Below are positions 1 through 13,923 of a DNA stretch of 64,000 nt, one piece after another. Origin of the DNA: Bigelowiella natans CCMP2755 (lineage: Eukaryota > Protista > Cercozoa). The notes under the pieces were generated by a model that was given only the letters and a program-made list of their open reading frames with translations, did not search any database and was not told the DNA's origin. A program made the translations under genes and the position numbers. The stretch is from the NCBI GenBank assembly GCA_000320545.1, contig ADNK01000562.1:24590-88589 (forward strand), read 5' to 3'. The stretch's first letter is position 1. Each line of letters starts with the position of its first letter.

Positions 1-41
1 ATAATCTGTAAAAAAATGAGGTTGTAGCAGTAGTGGTAGTA

Positions 42-79
<38 letters not shown>

Positions 80-80
<1 letters not shown>

Positions 81-275
81 CAATGGCCGTCCTTTGCGAA
101 GATGGTTTTGAATCCCTTTGCAGCAGCAGCAGCAGTATCTAAAGTCTGATCACTACGGCAATGCTGCAGCTGGTGGTGCTGGTGGTGGAGATGACGACTA
201 CTCTTGCGGTACCCTCGTAGCTTTCCCTTCGCTCGAACGAATAGGTGTTTTCCCCTACAAGTACAGTAGAGCACC

Positions 276-312
<37 letters not shown>

Positions 313-2117
313 CGTGTTAGGAGCACGATAGATAAATAACATTAGGGAAGATGATAAACAACAATGACAAGAAGAAGAAGAAGAAGAAGAAGAAGAAGGA
401 CGAGATAAGATTAGTTGAAGAAGTCGTTAAATGATGCTCGTAGACATGCAAGAAAAAGTGGATGGAAGTGGTAACAAGTGGTTGTCCTCTCATCGGCATG
501 CCGTCCTACTGTCACAAGCGTTAGTGAATGGCGACCGAGACTGGATCCATGTGATGGCACTGCCTTCTCGCTGCTTGCTTTTTGGGAGTACGGTTCTTGC
601 GGAAATCTTGGTAGAGGATGATGATGATGATGAGGATGATGATGATGATGATGATGGTACAAACAAAGCAGAAGAAGTGCTACCTCGGAATGCGGCTCGG
701 CAGACAAAACTGCACGTATACCAACGCTAATTATTGAACCTGCATCGAATGAAGGAGGATGAGAAGGAAAGAAAGAAAGAAAGAATAAACGCAATGGCGA
801 TCTATCGTCACTCTACAGAAGTAAATTGCAGATGTGTGTTAAGGCAGAAGATGAATGGAGATGATGTAAATATATATATCAGGCATTTCTACCGTCTTCC
901 ATCCCGAGAAGAATGCGACTACGGTCTATATCGACACAGCAACTCCGAGGAGGAGGAGGAGGAGGAGAGGATCCTGGAAGCTCAGTAGACTCATCGTCGT
1001 CGTCGTCGTCGTCGTCGTTATCGTCATCACACAGCTTGATGGTAATAGGCCCTCGTATCCTTCCTCGTTTCTTTCGGAGAACAACCCACATTCTCCCGTT
1101 CCTTGAAAATACGATGCCAACGCCGATCCTTTCGAGGCTACTGCTAAATACCGTCTGGAAGCTCGACTCCCTCGAGGTTGTGAGTTGTGCACCCAAGCGA
1201 GATGTAACTTGCAGCGCCGTTGCTGCTTTCGTCGTCGTCGTCGTCGTCGTCAGTTGGCGATGAGATGAATGCTGCTGCCGGGCCCCCTTTTGTACCGAAG
1301 TAGTGGAGGAGGAGGAGGGGGGGGGGGAGGCTGTCTGCGGATGACGTCCCTCGAGCCATACAATTTCATGCGGCCGCACAAGCTGTTGTACCATGGAAAG
1401 AAGCAGAAGAAAGGGGAGGGAGAGAAGGAGACTAAGCAAGAGAATGTCTATACTGTTATGTAATACTGCCACATTTGAGCGAGAGATACCGCTACTTCAA
1501 AGCCCTTCGATGTCACCCACAGAATCATACTGTCGTAACAGACAAAGAAGAAGAAAAAGAAGAGGCAAGAATGATAAAAACTTGATGAGATTCTCTTGAT
1601 CTCCTCCTTCTCCTCCTATTACTTCGCTGCTGAAAGGGTGCTGCTGCTACGTAACACGTACCCGATGAAGGGTCCCGCGTTCACCTCATCAATCCTGGCA
1701 TCGTTGGCGGTAGTAGCGCTTCTGATTCCATTGAGTGCGATTAATGGGTGACGAGGATCCTGAAGATCGTACACGGCCAATGTCCTGCCGTAGACATCTA
1801 AAACAATAATTTGAGAGCACCACCGAGTGGATGAGGACGAGGAGGGGAGGTGGGAGAAGGAAAGGAAGAGGAAGAGGAGTGCTTTTCCTTACCTGCCAAC
1901 GCGAAAAAATCTCCGCAATGGCTGAAGAGAAGATTCTTCTGTATCGATGCACCCTGAAAAGGATGTGAATGCGAAGAAAGATGCTCCATCATCCTAGGAG
2001 TTCTACGTTGACCCTTATTCTTCAAGAAAGTGAAGATATTCAGACGACTCGTCCCAAACGAGAACAGATATTGCCCCTGTATATGTGCAGAATTGTCGCC
2101 ATAGCATAACGGATACA

Positions 2118-2172
<55 letters not shown>

Positions 2173-2810
2173 CAAATGATGCAGCATATTTGAAAAAAAT
2201 GTCTTTACCGAAGCGTCGAACATCATCGCCACGACAGTATTATTTGGCCCTTCTTTTTATTCAGACAGAACCGATTATTATCTCTATACAGGGGATGAGA
2301 AAGGGTAAAGCAAGTAAACCTTTCAGTTTTGACTCATTGGAGCAGCTGAAGACTTGCTGTAGCTGCGAATAATGCCCAATCATGATAAGGAAATCAAATC
2401 AAGAATCAATGAGAATGAGCCGTACGTTTTCATTCCACCACCAGACGACTGCTCGAGGACCCTGTAGGAGATCCAACAAATGCGATTAGAGTTCAAGACA
2501 ACCGATTTTTCCACAGAGTATTTGGCATTGGAGAACTAGACCCTCCTACCTGTCCGATGACCAAGCATGGTGCAGAAGGGTTGACATCTGTACTTTGCAG
2601 CGCTTCTAAGGCTTGCCGCTCTATATTCCGCTTCTTCCGTTGAGGAACATAAGCGTTCGGAACGCCTGCGACGGAGTACATCTGCACGGGGATTTGGTGG
2701 CGCTCATGATTTGACCTGTTTCAGCAAAGAATGAATTCTCCCATCTATTCACATCGAGCATCTGGTGAATGCAGCGCACCTCCTCCTGCTGTGGAGTCTT
2801 CGCCCGCTAG
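80..2810 (-). CDS. Possible multi-exon gene of unknown function, weakly beta-propeller/WD40-like; boundaries approximate
   Basis: Minus-strand segments bounded by GT/AG translate to plausible protein (CTMLGHRT.GPRAVVWW, GQYLFSFGTSRLNIFTF..LLFSHCGDFFALAG, SCCVDIDRSRILLGMEDG) between microsatellite-rich introns. No complete model could be built. Confidence 0.3.
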
Positions 2811-3261
2811 CCCTTTTACTTCCAGAAGCCCTCATGAGCTGCAAATTCCTCTTAAATACCGCCTCCTAGTCGTTCCTGTTCGCGAGGAAGGTCCCATTGG
2901 CAAAGCCCCCTCCCTCTCTTCTTCGTTCGGGTAATAAGCTGATGATCCTTTTGGTTAAGTTTGATAAGAAGTGGAACTCGATAAATCTATGCCTGCGACA
3001 ACTAATTATTATTTGTCGCACTACGTAAATACAAAGTATTTTGTTTGCTTAGGCCGCCAATATTTCCCCAGTAAGCCGAGAGGAACACTTCGGTCTATCT
3101 ACGATGAATTCGGTACAGAATTCGGTCTAAAATGTCCCAGTTTCGTAGATAGGATATCCTCCGCTTGAATCCTGATCCAGGTCATCTCTGCCACTCGTGA
3201 ACCACCGCTGCTACCCCCCCCCCACCGACTCATCAGTGTACATAAAGTAAGAGTGCGAGGG

Positions 3262-4344
3262 ATGACGACCTTTTCGCCGAGGTGGGCGTTAGCATCGCTC
3301 CTGATGGCGCTCCTTTGCACTGTCGCCGATGCTGTCGTTGCATCAAAGGCATTGTCACCGGCTCCTTTCTCCAGAGCGATATCGTCCCGTGTACGCAGAG
3401 ACTCCCTTTCCAGCTGGAACGGCTTGCAACTACCATCGAATAGAGCTCCTAGCCGTGAAGCTAATCTTTACACAATCACCCCAACAAGGAAAACCCATAC
3501 GTATGCAGATCCGAAGAAGGTGCCGAACATTCGCTAGTGTACTAAGACTTGTTATTAATGCTCCGATAATTTTTGTTTCAGGATAGTCCACAAGGGCTCC
3601 AGATTGACCCTGACGCGGTAAATATTACACTGACCTTCCTATGCTCTTCTGATCTATGATTATTGTGAAAGTATAGTGATTATAGCCATGCCCCACAGGT
3701 TGAATTTAAGGATACGCTACAGTACAAGATCGGCAATGGGGCTATCGACGTTGCCTTAGTTGCACGTAAGTAGCGGGATGAATGAAACAACTTTCCTACT
3801 ATCGAATGACACGTGCTAATATTTAGCACACTGATCAACGTCTCATGGCATGGTGTTGATGAATATTATCAGTGTGCGTTTATAAAGCATTGCAGAGTGC
3901 ACGAGCGGTTCCTGAAACGTGGTCAGGGTAATACTTCCTAGAAAGGATCACATTTCCACAAATATTTATTGAATATGTGCCCAAAATTCAAATGGCTCTG
4001 TGTGCACTTTTAAAACTGGCATAGTGGGTATGGTCATAAAGTTGAATGCTGATAGATGAATATTGTGAATCTACCTCGAAATACAATTAGGATGTATGCC
4101 CCAGGGAGATCCCTGTCAAAAGTCTACAAATACAGGGAACAATTTTTGGTATTTCCACATTCTTGCAGTTCAACTTTATTTTAAGCCTTAACATTTACCG
4201 TCGCCACCAACACCAGTCAACACCATTCAATAACAAATAACGACTACAAATAACACGTAGGAGGATCTTGGAGAAGAGACTATGCGACCAAAGGACGACG
4301 AATATCTTCCACTGGCCAGAATATTGCGGGTCAAGAAAGAATAG
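3262..4344 (+). CDS. Small multi-exon protein with signal peptide and transit-peptide-like leader, function unknown
   Basis: MTTFSPRWALASLLMALLCTVADA hydrophobic leader, then an S/R/A/P-rich segment. Short GT-AG introns join exons IVHKGSRLTPDA / VEFKDTLQYKIGNGAIDVALVA / ... / EDLGEETMRPKDDEYLPLARILRVKKE*. Confidence 0.6.
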
Positions 4345-4967
4345 CAGACTAAAAGCAGCTTATCGTGCCTGCATGGCGATAGACTCAGTATAGATGAAAA
4401 TAAAACGGCACATCACGTAATGTATGGCCTGAATAAATATTGCTTCCGACTAAATTTTGCTTTCGGCAACAAAGGATCTCGATCTTCCGTGATCTATGAT
4501 TTTTCCAGCAGCATGTATCATAATAAGCCGCGAAGCAACATACATAGCATCGTCACTAGAATATTTAGCTTGGAAAACAATGCCTTGCTCTTAAGCTCAT
4601 TGTCATATTCCCTTTTCTCTACGTACTCCTCATGATATATTGCTGCACGTTGCCAATGCAGCTGCGCTATTGCACATTATAATCATCATTCCCAAGCAAC
4701 GATCAAATGCATGCAGCCGTTATTATGTCTGTTGCATCATCATTTGTTATTGTACGTTTATATTAATGACAGCATCGTATCACAGCCTTGATCATCGAAT
4801 CAGCTGCATCGCGCGCGTGCACCGCGTATGTTCATAACTCAGGCCGTAGGCATGAAATCTGCTAGATAATGTATTGTGTATTGTAGTGCCACTTTGATGT
4901 CTATAACCGATAATACATGGCATAGAGTCACCAAAGATGTCATCGAGCATAAGAAAGAACTTATGGA

Positions 4968-6389
4968 TTATGAGTGACCTTCGGACTGTCTATCGAGATA
5001 TACAATATGGATGCCGTTCCTGGCTTCCCTAATTCTTTCCCAGCGCCCCATTCTATGCTCCTGCGCCACTCCTAAAACTAAGAAGCGTCCATTTCGTGAA
5101 AAGCAGATTCCGTTAATGTATCCAACGACTGGAATTTGATGAACTGAGGAAAGTTTCGTGTCGTCGGTAATTTGCCACAGCTTCAGGTAGCCATCACTGG
5201 ATCCTGAGGCAATGAGGTCCGTGAAGATACGGCTGGCGACTGATGTCACCCACCTACCAGCATGTGCACGATCTCGTTTTGCAATAGGCTTCTTTTTCTT
5301 TAGGGACCACAAGGCAACGCTCCCATCCTGGCAGGCTGTTACCCATCGTCCGTCATCGACGTAGCGCACGCAATCCAACGCTGCCTTTGCGCCCGTTTTG
5401 AACACGAGCTGAGTCTGCTCGGGTATCTTCCATAGACGACAGGACTTGTCGTACCCGGAGGTTATAGCACGTTCAAGAAGGAGACTGTCCATAGACAATA
5501 TATCGCTTTGATGTCCATACAGACTCTCCACGTAAGCTCCGGTGGCCAAGTCCCAGACGCGCACTGTGCGGTCAGTCGAGCCACTGAAGCAAGTGTACGT
5601 GTTTTCACGGAAGGCCACGCAAGTAATAGCATCTCTGTGCCCTGAAAGGCGGTACTTTAACTCAAATGATTCTGTGTCCCACACCATAAGGTAGGGGTCC
5701 TCCCCCCCCGATGCAAGGAGCTTGCCGTCCGTGCTCACCGCGACACAAAACACTGCGCGTGTATGGCCCATCGCGTTTCCTGTGTTGAATATGGAGCGCC
5801 TTTTCTTCGACTTTTTTTTCTTTGTCTCTATTTGGGGAACAACCCGCTTGATGGTGTAGAGCTTCTTGTGGTTGACAATGTCCCACTTAATAATGGACCC
5901 GTCCTTGGACCCGGTATACGCTACGGTGTCGTCGGCAGAGAGACACACGCATGTGACAGGCTTTCGATGGCCTCTCATGATCTTAATAGAGAAATCTTCT
6001 TGCTTTTTCTCCCGTATGTTCTCGGCAACCTTCCTCTTAAGTTTACCTTTCAATTTTTGGGCTTCCCTGTGCAGACGAAGAGCAATAGGGTCCATATCCT
6101 CCGTTTCCTTTCCCTCATCAACAATGCCGTCGTCGTCATCTTCTCCATCAGCTCCGGTAAATCCTGTCAGTGTGTCTAAATGTTCTTTTGCCAGCCTCAG
6201 TCTCCTTTCGTCTGATGTTTCTTCAAAAAACTCATCATCATTGAGTTGCTGGCCATCTTCTCCGTCAGAAGACTCGCTGCCGAAGGAGAATTCATCATCG
6301 TCCACCTCCTCATCTTTCTTAGTTCGCTTATTGATAGTGCCAGGCAACTTCATCCCGGCATTGCGGGATCGCGATCGGCCTCTTTTCAT
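4968..6389 (-). CDS. RRP9: U3 snoRNP-associated WD40 protein (U3-55K/Rrp9), intronless
   Basis: 473-aa ORF with acidic N-terminus ETSDERRLRLAKEHL, multiple WD40 repeats, AYVESLYGHQ, CRLWKIPEQTQLVF and C-terminal GVAQEHRMGRW typical of Rrp9. Confidence 0.93.
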   Translation of the reverse strand: MKRGRSRSRNAGMKLPGTINKRTKKDEEVDDDEFSFGSESSDGEDGQQLNDDEFFEETSDERRLRLAKEHLDTLTGFTGADGEDDDDGIVDEGKETEDMDPIALRLHREAQKLKGKLKRKVAENIREKKQEDFSIKIMRGHRKPVTCVCLSADDTVAYTGSKDGSIIKWDIVNHKKLYTIKRVVPQIETKKKKSKKRRSIFNTGNAMGHTRAVFCVAVSTDGKLLASGGEDPYLMVWDTESFELKYRLSGHRDAITCVAFRENTYTCFSGSTDRTVRVWDLATGAYVESLYGHQSDILSMDSLLLERAITSGYDKSCRLWKIPEQTQLVFKTGAKAALDCVRYVDDGRWVTACQDGSVALWSLKKKKPIAKRDRAHAGRWVTSVASRIFTDLIASGSSDGYLKLWQITDDTKLSSVHQIPVVGYINGICFSRNGRFLVLGVAQEHRMGRWERIREARNGIHIVYLDRQSEGHS

Positions 6390-6949
6390 CTCGTTAGCTC
6401 CCAGGGCAGCGAGGCGGCGCCATTGTGGTGATGGGGTTGTTGCTGTTCTGGCAGGTGTGCTAGATATCGCAGGTGTTTAATGTCAGGCAGATACTTACCT
6501 GCGACAATAAATTTTTGCAAGTCGCAGACTCGTCTTCGGCGAAATTTGTCTATAATAACCCCGCTGGTTCTGGCTGCAAGCGTGCTCATTTTACCCCCAA
6601 AACTTCGCAGTGGGTCGAACGATGAAATTCCGACCGAAAATATACGATAAATTGTCGTAGTATCGACGTGCTATTGGTAGAACATTTGTTTCAAGCGAAG
6701 AGATCCTTTCCGGGAAGTTGCCGAGTAAGGCTAATTATCATGGGGGAAATATCCACAATCTTATAAGAACCAAAGAGGAGGTGATTTCCTAGTAGGATTT
6801 CCTGATTTCCGTGTTTTTTGGGTTTTTTTTTTTCGGTGATGCCACTGACCTTGAAACCCACATCACACCTCAACGTGTGGTATCTCGCTTTGAAGAGGAG
6901 GGCGTCATATCGCTGTCCCTCCAGTAGTCATTCAGTAGATCATAAAACG

Positions 6950-9900
6950 ATGGCTTTCTCCGAGCCAATGCTAAGTCGAAACATGAGTGCCATGTTGCCG
7001 AAGTGGCCGTCTTCGATGCCCGTGAAAACTAAGCACGAACACTCGGTACCCATGGTCAAGCTTTTTCTCCTTGGAATTTGCCATTCTTTTCTCGGAGGAG
7101 TAACTCTCTGTGTGGCTATATGGAACAACGATGACGATAGCAGTAGTCCGGGAGATGAGGGCAAAGCACTGAATGTCGTCTTAGGGATGAGCGGGGCGAT
7201 GCAGATCGCTAACACGCCGCTGCTTCTTACGCTAATGACTAAGGACCTCAAGGTAGCTTTGGTTTCCTCTCCCTCTTTAATATCAGTTCTGGAAGTCAAT
7301 GAGTCGTTTATATTCTGCTCACTCTTTATCTTCTGACTCGATCCGCGTCATATTCGACTGTAGAACGCACGGGACATTGAGGACTTCCACAGGGCATGGT
7401 TTTTCGGAGGGACTTGGTACCTTTCCTGTGGAAGTTGTATCGAGCTAGCGATCATATTCGTCACAGTTCTGAACGAAAATGACCAGGAGTTCAAGCCACT
7501 TCTTTGTAGTGTCTACAGTAGCGGGCTGGGCTTCATCCTCCTGATGAGTAAATCAGAAAGCAGATAGCCAACTAATACTGCTAATTCGTACTAGAAACCA
7601 TAAGTTTTCTCTTCTTGAATTGTGTCCATCATGACAGGCTTGATCGGTTCGATCACATTCCTCGTTGACTTCACATACCACACGTTTCTAGCCTTCTCAT
7701 CACGGAAGACAGAAGCCATCCGAAGGGAGGTCCTCCGCATATGCTCCAGGATCTGCCATCTGTGCGGCCAATACTACGACTCTGATCTGTGGTCGAGAAG
7801 TAATGAGACAAATGACAAGCGATTTTTCATCGGCTTGATCGCTGGTGTCGTTCTGCTCTCCACGGGCATCGCCAGCCTCGTGTTCCTTCTTGCATTTTAC
7901 TTCAACAAAAGGTTGGATTCTCTTCTCAAGTTTCGGGTGCTTCGGCTTGTAAGCCAGATCATGACGATGGTCGTGTTGCTCGCGATCTTCAACTTTTCTG
8001 CACGTGGCTCGGACGATGAAGAGGATCATGCAGAGGATGAAATGAGAGATATGGAAGGCAGAATAATGCATGTAGGCGGTAGAAAAAAAGCTGAGACTGA
8101 CCAGCATCAACTTCGTCGACAAAGAACTTACATAGTAGGAAGGAGGGGGCTGACACGGCTTCAAGCAACGCTGTTTACCTTTGTCATTACGACAGCAGTG
8201 GGAGGCCTTATGCTTTCAATAGATTTCATGTGATGATGACCATTATTTTGAAGGAAGACGCAAAAAAATGAAAACCGACGAGCTGCTGCTGCACACGAAC
8301 ACCCACATGACACATGTAAATTGATCACGCACACATCCAATCAGGTACGGTTTGCTCCCAGTACGAGCGGAGTCGTGGTTGTTTCTCCTTCCCCCTGTGA
8401 CGGCCATCGTTGTATTATCGATATTGTTGGCAAATTTCTTGAGATATGACGATGATGATGATGATGGAGATCATCGTCATCACCACCACCACCCTCATCT
8501 TCACCATCTTCATCGACAGCATGAGAGTAGTGGTGGACCTATCTATGAAGATGTGGATGGGGAATCAAAAATAGGTTCGTGGAGGCCACAAAGTAAAAAC
8601 AACGATGTGAAACAACATGGTGCTCCTGAGTTCTCGCTACCACCGAAAGCTGGGTATCCAGCAGAGAGTGACACCCGGTTAAGAATTTGACAAAGATAAT
8701 GATGATGATGAAACTTAGGATGAAGTGACTCTAAGAAAGGAAGCAGCTAATTACTTCTTTTGCATAACATCCACATATTCAACACCAACATAGCCACCCA
8801 ACCATTTTTCATATTCTACACAGGCATCATTGGCAAGGGAGGAAAGGAGGGATCGTGATCTTTACCACTAGATTCCAGGTTTTCTTCCAAACTGCTCGTT
8901 TTCGCCATGGCTATCGTCGCGGCTACGGCGAAGAAGAAAATTCGCCAAACCGAATGCTCGAAGGCGGCGAAGACAATGAATCACATTCTATGGAGAACAC
9001 CCCCAAGAGAGCGATCTTTTACACGTGCCTTCTCGGGTGCTCACTGTGCGCACATGGACTTGCAGCTTACAATGTAATTCATCATGGGGGGGGAGCTATT
9101 GAACAGCAACATGGTTATCCGCGCCAGCAGGCTCTCTGGAACAATGTCCTAGAATGCGTTGTCGCAGTACTAATGTAAGTAGTAAGGAGGACCTCAAAAC
9201 CTCATTAGTATCAACTAAACAAAACAAATGGCTATTGAATGGGTAAGTGGGAGAGGGAAGGAGAGAAGTGGAGATCGGAACGAGTAGGAGAATGGCAGAA
9301 TGGGATAGGAGGAGAGGAGGAGGGGGGGGAGGAGAAGGAGGAGGAGGAACGAAAGCAATAGCACCAACAAAGACCTATTTGCAACCAATCTCATAAATCA
9401 TCATTAGCATCACGCACACATACACAAATTTAAACAAACACACACTCACTCACTCACACTCACTCACACTCACTCACACACCATGATAAAAACCGTATTT
9501 TTATAACACGATAAGCCGCTCGAAACCTGTCGCAAAATCTACTATTTCTTTCTGATCCATTGAATTAGGTATATATTGGTGATTGTGAGGCCTTTGGATG
9601 TGGGGAAGAGCTCCAAGCTCATCTTCCAAACAGTCGTAGTTATCAACTACATTGGGGCGGTGTTCGAGGACCTGGAGCACATGCTCCATGCTTTCGGCAG
9701 CTGTGACAGCAGCTACGATGGCAATAGCGATCATCACAGTAGCAGCGACCACCACAAACAAATACCGAATTCGGTGTATCTTGAGTTAATTTTCTTTGCA
9801 TTATACTCCGAGTTCTGCTTGTTTTCGTTTGAGCTGTTTGGAAACGATGAAACTCGCATATCGGCCAAAAAAAGGGTCGCCAGGGTCAATAATAATGCCG

Positions 9901-10046
9901 ACGACGGAATAGTCGATTCATCGTCATTTCCAAGAGGAGATGTGAGCAGAATTGGGCGCCAGCAGTATAATAACAACAATGCCTTTAAGCACCGAGAAAG
10001 CGTTCCAACAGTAAAAGAATTGAGACTTGGTTCCCAAATTGGTTAA
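6950..10046 (+). CDS. Multi-pass membrane protein of unknown family (about 10-12 hydrophobic segments); start uncertain
   Basis: ORFs 6818-7336, 7622-8233, 8352-8690, 8855-9178 and 9576-10046 contain successive TM-like stretches separated by GT-AG introns, with His/Asp-rich loops. Confidence 0.65.
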
Positions 10047-10703
10047 AGATACTACTTCACATCGTTATTTGCATGTCCATGAGTCGATCTTTAGTTTGTT
10101 TAAATAATAAATTGGATGAGCCGAGGTGCAAACCGTGTTGTCATTGGTAAATAATGATGTTTAGCGTCATAGCACAGTACAGCACATTCTAGCATCATTC
10201 TAGCATTGCTAGATTGCGCGGATATCCACGAATGCATTTATTATGTACGTAGGTTTATTTGCTTGCGAGTGCTGATGGATGGCTGTGCAAGAGCTCTGTG
10301 ATATATATTTTTATGAACGTATTAGTTATCCGGTCTGCCATTTTATTGCATTGCAGTAAGACGCTACGATGCGGGATGTATGCTATGTCTTGTCGCAATG
10401 GCCCTAGCGGCTATGTAACAAATGACAATTCAAGAATTGCTTGCGTGCGAGTAAGTGCTCGCTTGCTTGAGAGCATGCAGCACCCGTACACATACTTCGG
10501 AAAGTTTAATTGTTTGACCAATGTACTCATGATATAATTGAATACCCACAGGCATCACATGCATTATGCACACTGTTTAACTTCATTTGTGATAAGTAAG
10601 AGTGGGAAAGCAAAGAGTGGGAAAGCAAAGCGTAGGAATCCCACACCCCTTGATTATTCTAGGTTTTATTTGCGATCACCACTGCAATGGAACGAGATGT
10701 TCC

Positions 10704-13700
10704 TTAAGGAATACTGTGACAGTCGATGCTGCACGACCTCTTATCCCCGTTCAGACCATCGATAGTCTTTATTTCTTCAGGGGTGAGATCAAAATCGAAG
10801 ATGTCGTAGTTTTGCTTAATGCGATTCTCGGAGGAGGCGCGGGGGAGGGGCACAACGCCGCGCTGCACCATCCATTTTAAGATCACCTGCGCGCCGCTCT
10901 TGCCGTACTTCTCCCCGATCTCGCCCATGATAGGGTCATTGATGATGTTAAGACGGCCACGTCCGAAAGGAGAGTAGCCCATCAGCTTGATGCCGTGAGT
11001 TGTACTAAAGTCGAGGAGGCGATCACGGGTGTAGTAAGGATGCATCTCCACCTGGTTGACGGTGGGTGGAATCTCCGCAATGGAGAGAGTCTCCTTCAGG
11101 TGTCGGGTGGTCCAGTTTGCCACGCCGATCGATTTCACTACGCCGCGGCGCACCATCTCCTCAAGAGCACGCCACGTGAGTGTCCTCTTGGCCTTGTTCT
11201 CCCATCCAAACTGCTGTGCTTCAGGCTTTCCGGGAGCTGGCCCAGGCCAGTGAATGAGCACAAGATCCACGTAGTCAAGCTGCAGACGACGGAGGGATTT
11301 CTCTACCGATTCGATGGCGGAGCTATATCCCATGTCGTTCACCCAAACCTTGGTCACCACGTAGAAGTCCTCTCGCTTCATGCCACGCGACATAGCGTCC
11401 TTCAGTGCACGGCCAACGTCGGCCTCCGACTCGTACTTGGTAGCGGTGTCGATCAACCGGTAGCTGGTGATTGATGATGTTTCCAGCAGTGAAGAAGGGG
11501 GAGAGGGAGAACGAGACAAAGAAAAGAAGAGAGAATGAATGAGCATATACACGCAAGTGTTTTTTGTAATCTTTTTTTTTTTAAATGTCCCTCATGAATG
11601 CCGTATTCGCTTCCAAACAAAGAACAACGGAAGGAAAACACAGCATGCTGTGTTGTTGTAGATAGTGCGGTAAAGAAAAAAGCGCCGAATAACATACGAC
11701 AGAGTCATGATCGAAAGCTGCCACGTGATCCATCATGCATCTGACCCACATAGTAATACTGCACTTACCCAGCATTGATGGCTTGTGTGATCTTATCATC
11801 GCATGTGAGCGACCCGTCTTGAGCTGTGTGGATGAGGTCGGTACCGAACCCCACTGTGATGGGCATGTCGTTGAATTCCGACTTTGGAAGGTTTTCAGGA
11901 TCTGGCAGCTTCAAGGCCTCGTGGACCAGGCCTAGTGGAGGAGGAGGAAATTATGATAGTGATGAGGATGATGAGGATGATGGTGACGGTGACGGTGACG
12001 GTGACGGTGACGGTGACGGTGACGGGTTGCAGATTTAGGAGATTGACTCCACCATTATTATTACATCATGGCAATGGCAAATGGGGGGGGGGGGGGGGGG
12101 GAGTGAGGAGAGATCACGTATGCGCAGAGCGTCTATATTCTTTGAATAAGGAATCGGTGGCAGCAGTAGCATAAATTTGCTACCGCTACTACTAGCCGTA
12201 CCTTCTAGCTTGGCGAACTCCTTCATGGAAGTGACTTTAAAGTCAGGTCCTCCGTTGGAATAGTCCTGAGTGAACCTTTGATCGGGGATCGAGCACACGT
12301 ACATGCCGGCAGCTTTCGCACTCCATACAGCCATCGGGGAGTCGTCGAGGACCATCACCTGATAAGAGGGAATAGGAGGAGGAGGAGGAGGAGGAAGAGG
12401 AAGAATATGGATAAGGATGCAGATTCGTAATAATTGGATGATGAGGATAACCGACGGGGGACCTCATGGAATCGAGCAGATGCTAGGAAAGACAATATAG
12501 TTTACACACCCACTCCCTTCCCTCTCCCCCCTCCCATAACAAAGAGAACAATGCTTATTAGTTACCCGTTTGGGGTCTGCGCCCATGCGCTCAGCGGCTA
12601 ATGTGAACATCTCAGTCGATTTTTTGCCGAAATGAACCATTGCATCATCTCCGGTGATGACCACATCGAACATGTCCATGATATGCTTGTGGTTGGACAT
12701 CTTGCGATCCAATGACTCGCGGCTAGATGAGGTAGCCAAAGCGATAGGAAATCTGCAAAATATGAAACATCAGCATACGCGATCTTAGGAGGCGTCGCAT
12801 CTATCGTGTGTATCTATTTATCTATCTATCTAAATATCTATCATCTAAATTATGCTCGTTTTTCCATGTTTCTCCCTAGTGCCAGAGGGTTTGGCCTCGT
12901 CCTCATTCGCACAGCCGTGGTGGTTAAGGCACTGACCCTTTGCTCTTGAGGTTCTTGATGAGATCTTCTGCGCCTTCAATAAGGTTCAACTTGTCGTATT
13001 TCTCCTCCATCTGATAGAAAGTTATCGAGCACAGAAATGGTCAAGATGTTGCGATGATGATGGCGGCGACGCTGATCATGAAAGTCATCTTCCTCGTCAC
13101 CGATGAGACGGGACAAGGAGGTCACTGATGAAGACTTGATTGGTTGTCACATACGCAGAAAGAAAGGCGGTGAAGGAAGGAGAGGAATATGGAGAGAGTG
13201 AGGGGGAGAGAGAGTTTGAGATATTCAGATGCAGCAGTAGGTGCTCTATGCTTATATGTTCGCACTTACGAATTCGTAGTATCTCTTGATGAAGTTATCA
13301 GGATCTACGCGGTCGAGAAGGCGGTTGGAGTCAAGGATGACCTCTGCCATTCTGAAGGGAAGAAAAAGACAAAAGAATAAAAGAAGATTTGTGCTTAGAA
13401 CAGGTGGCAGCAGCAGTACATGCATTTTGCATTTTGAGAATAAACGAGGAAGTTTTCAGAATAAATGAGGACGAGGAACAGCAAGCACACCACGTCTTTC
13501 CTTCTTTCCTCTCATTTATTGAATTAAACAGCGTGCAGAGTGTGTAGTTGAGCGTAACGTTGATCTCTTGTGGATAACAGCGATCACGACAACGATAAGA
13601 TGTTAGTGGTGATGATAAAGAAGTATAGCATGAAGTACTCTTGAGTGCGAAGCCCCATGATCTTAGAGTGGAGGTCCCAGTTAACGCCAACATTTCCTGA

Positions 13701-13879
13701 CTTGTTGTACTTCGCAAGCGCTTGGTTGAGGCACTATTTAAACAAAACAACAGCTTCAGAGTGTGATAATTGTCGTGTGAGCATATGGGAGGAAGTGTCA
13801 GGATGGTTTATATTTATGTTTCAGTTCGGATCCCCCCTTCCCCCGCCTTTCTTTCATATCTCTGAGTATTATAATAATT

Positions 13880-13923
<44 letters not shown>

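Noticed and set aside
10609-10630. 15-bp tandem duplication AGAGTGGGAAAGCAA
   Set aside because: Ordinary slippage duplication in a 3' flank, with no evidence of function.
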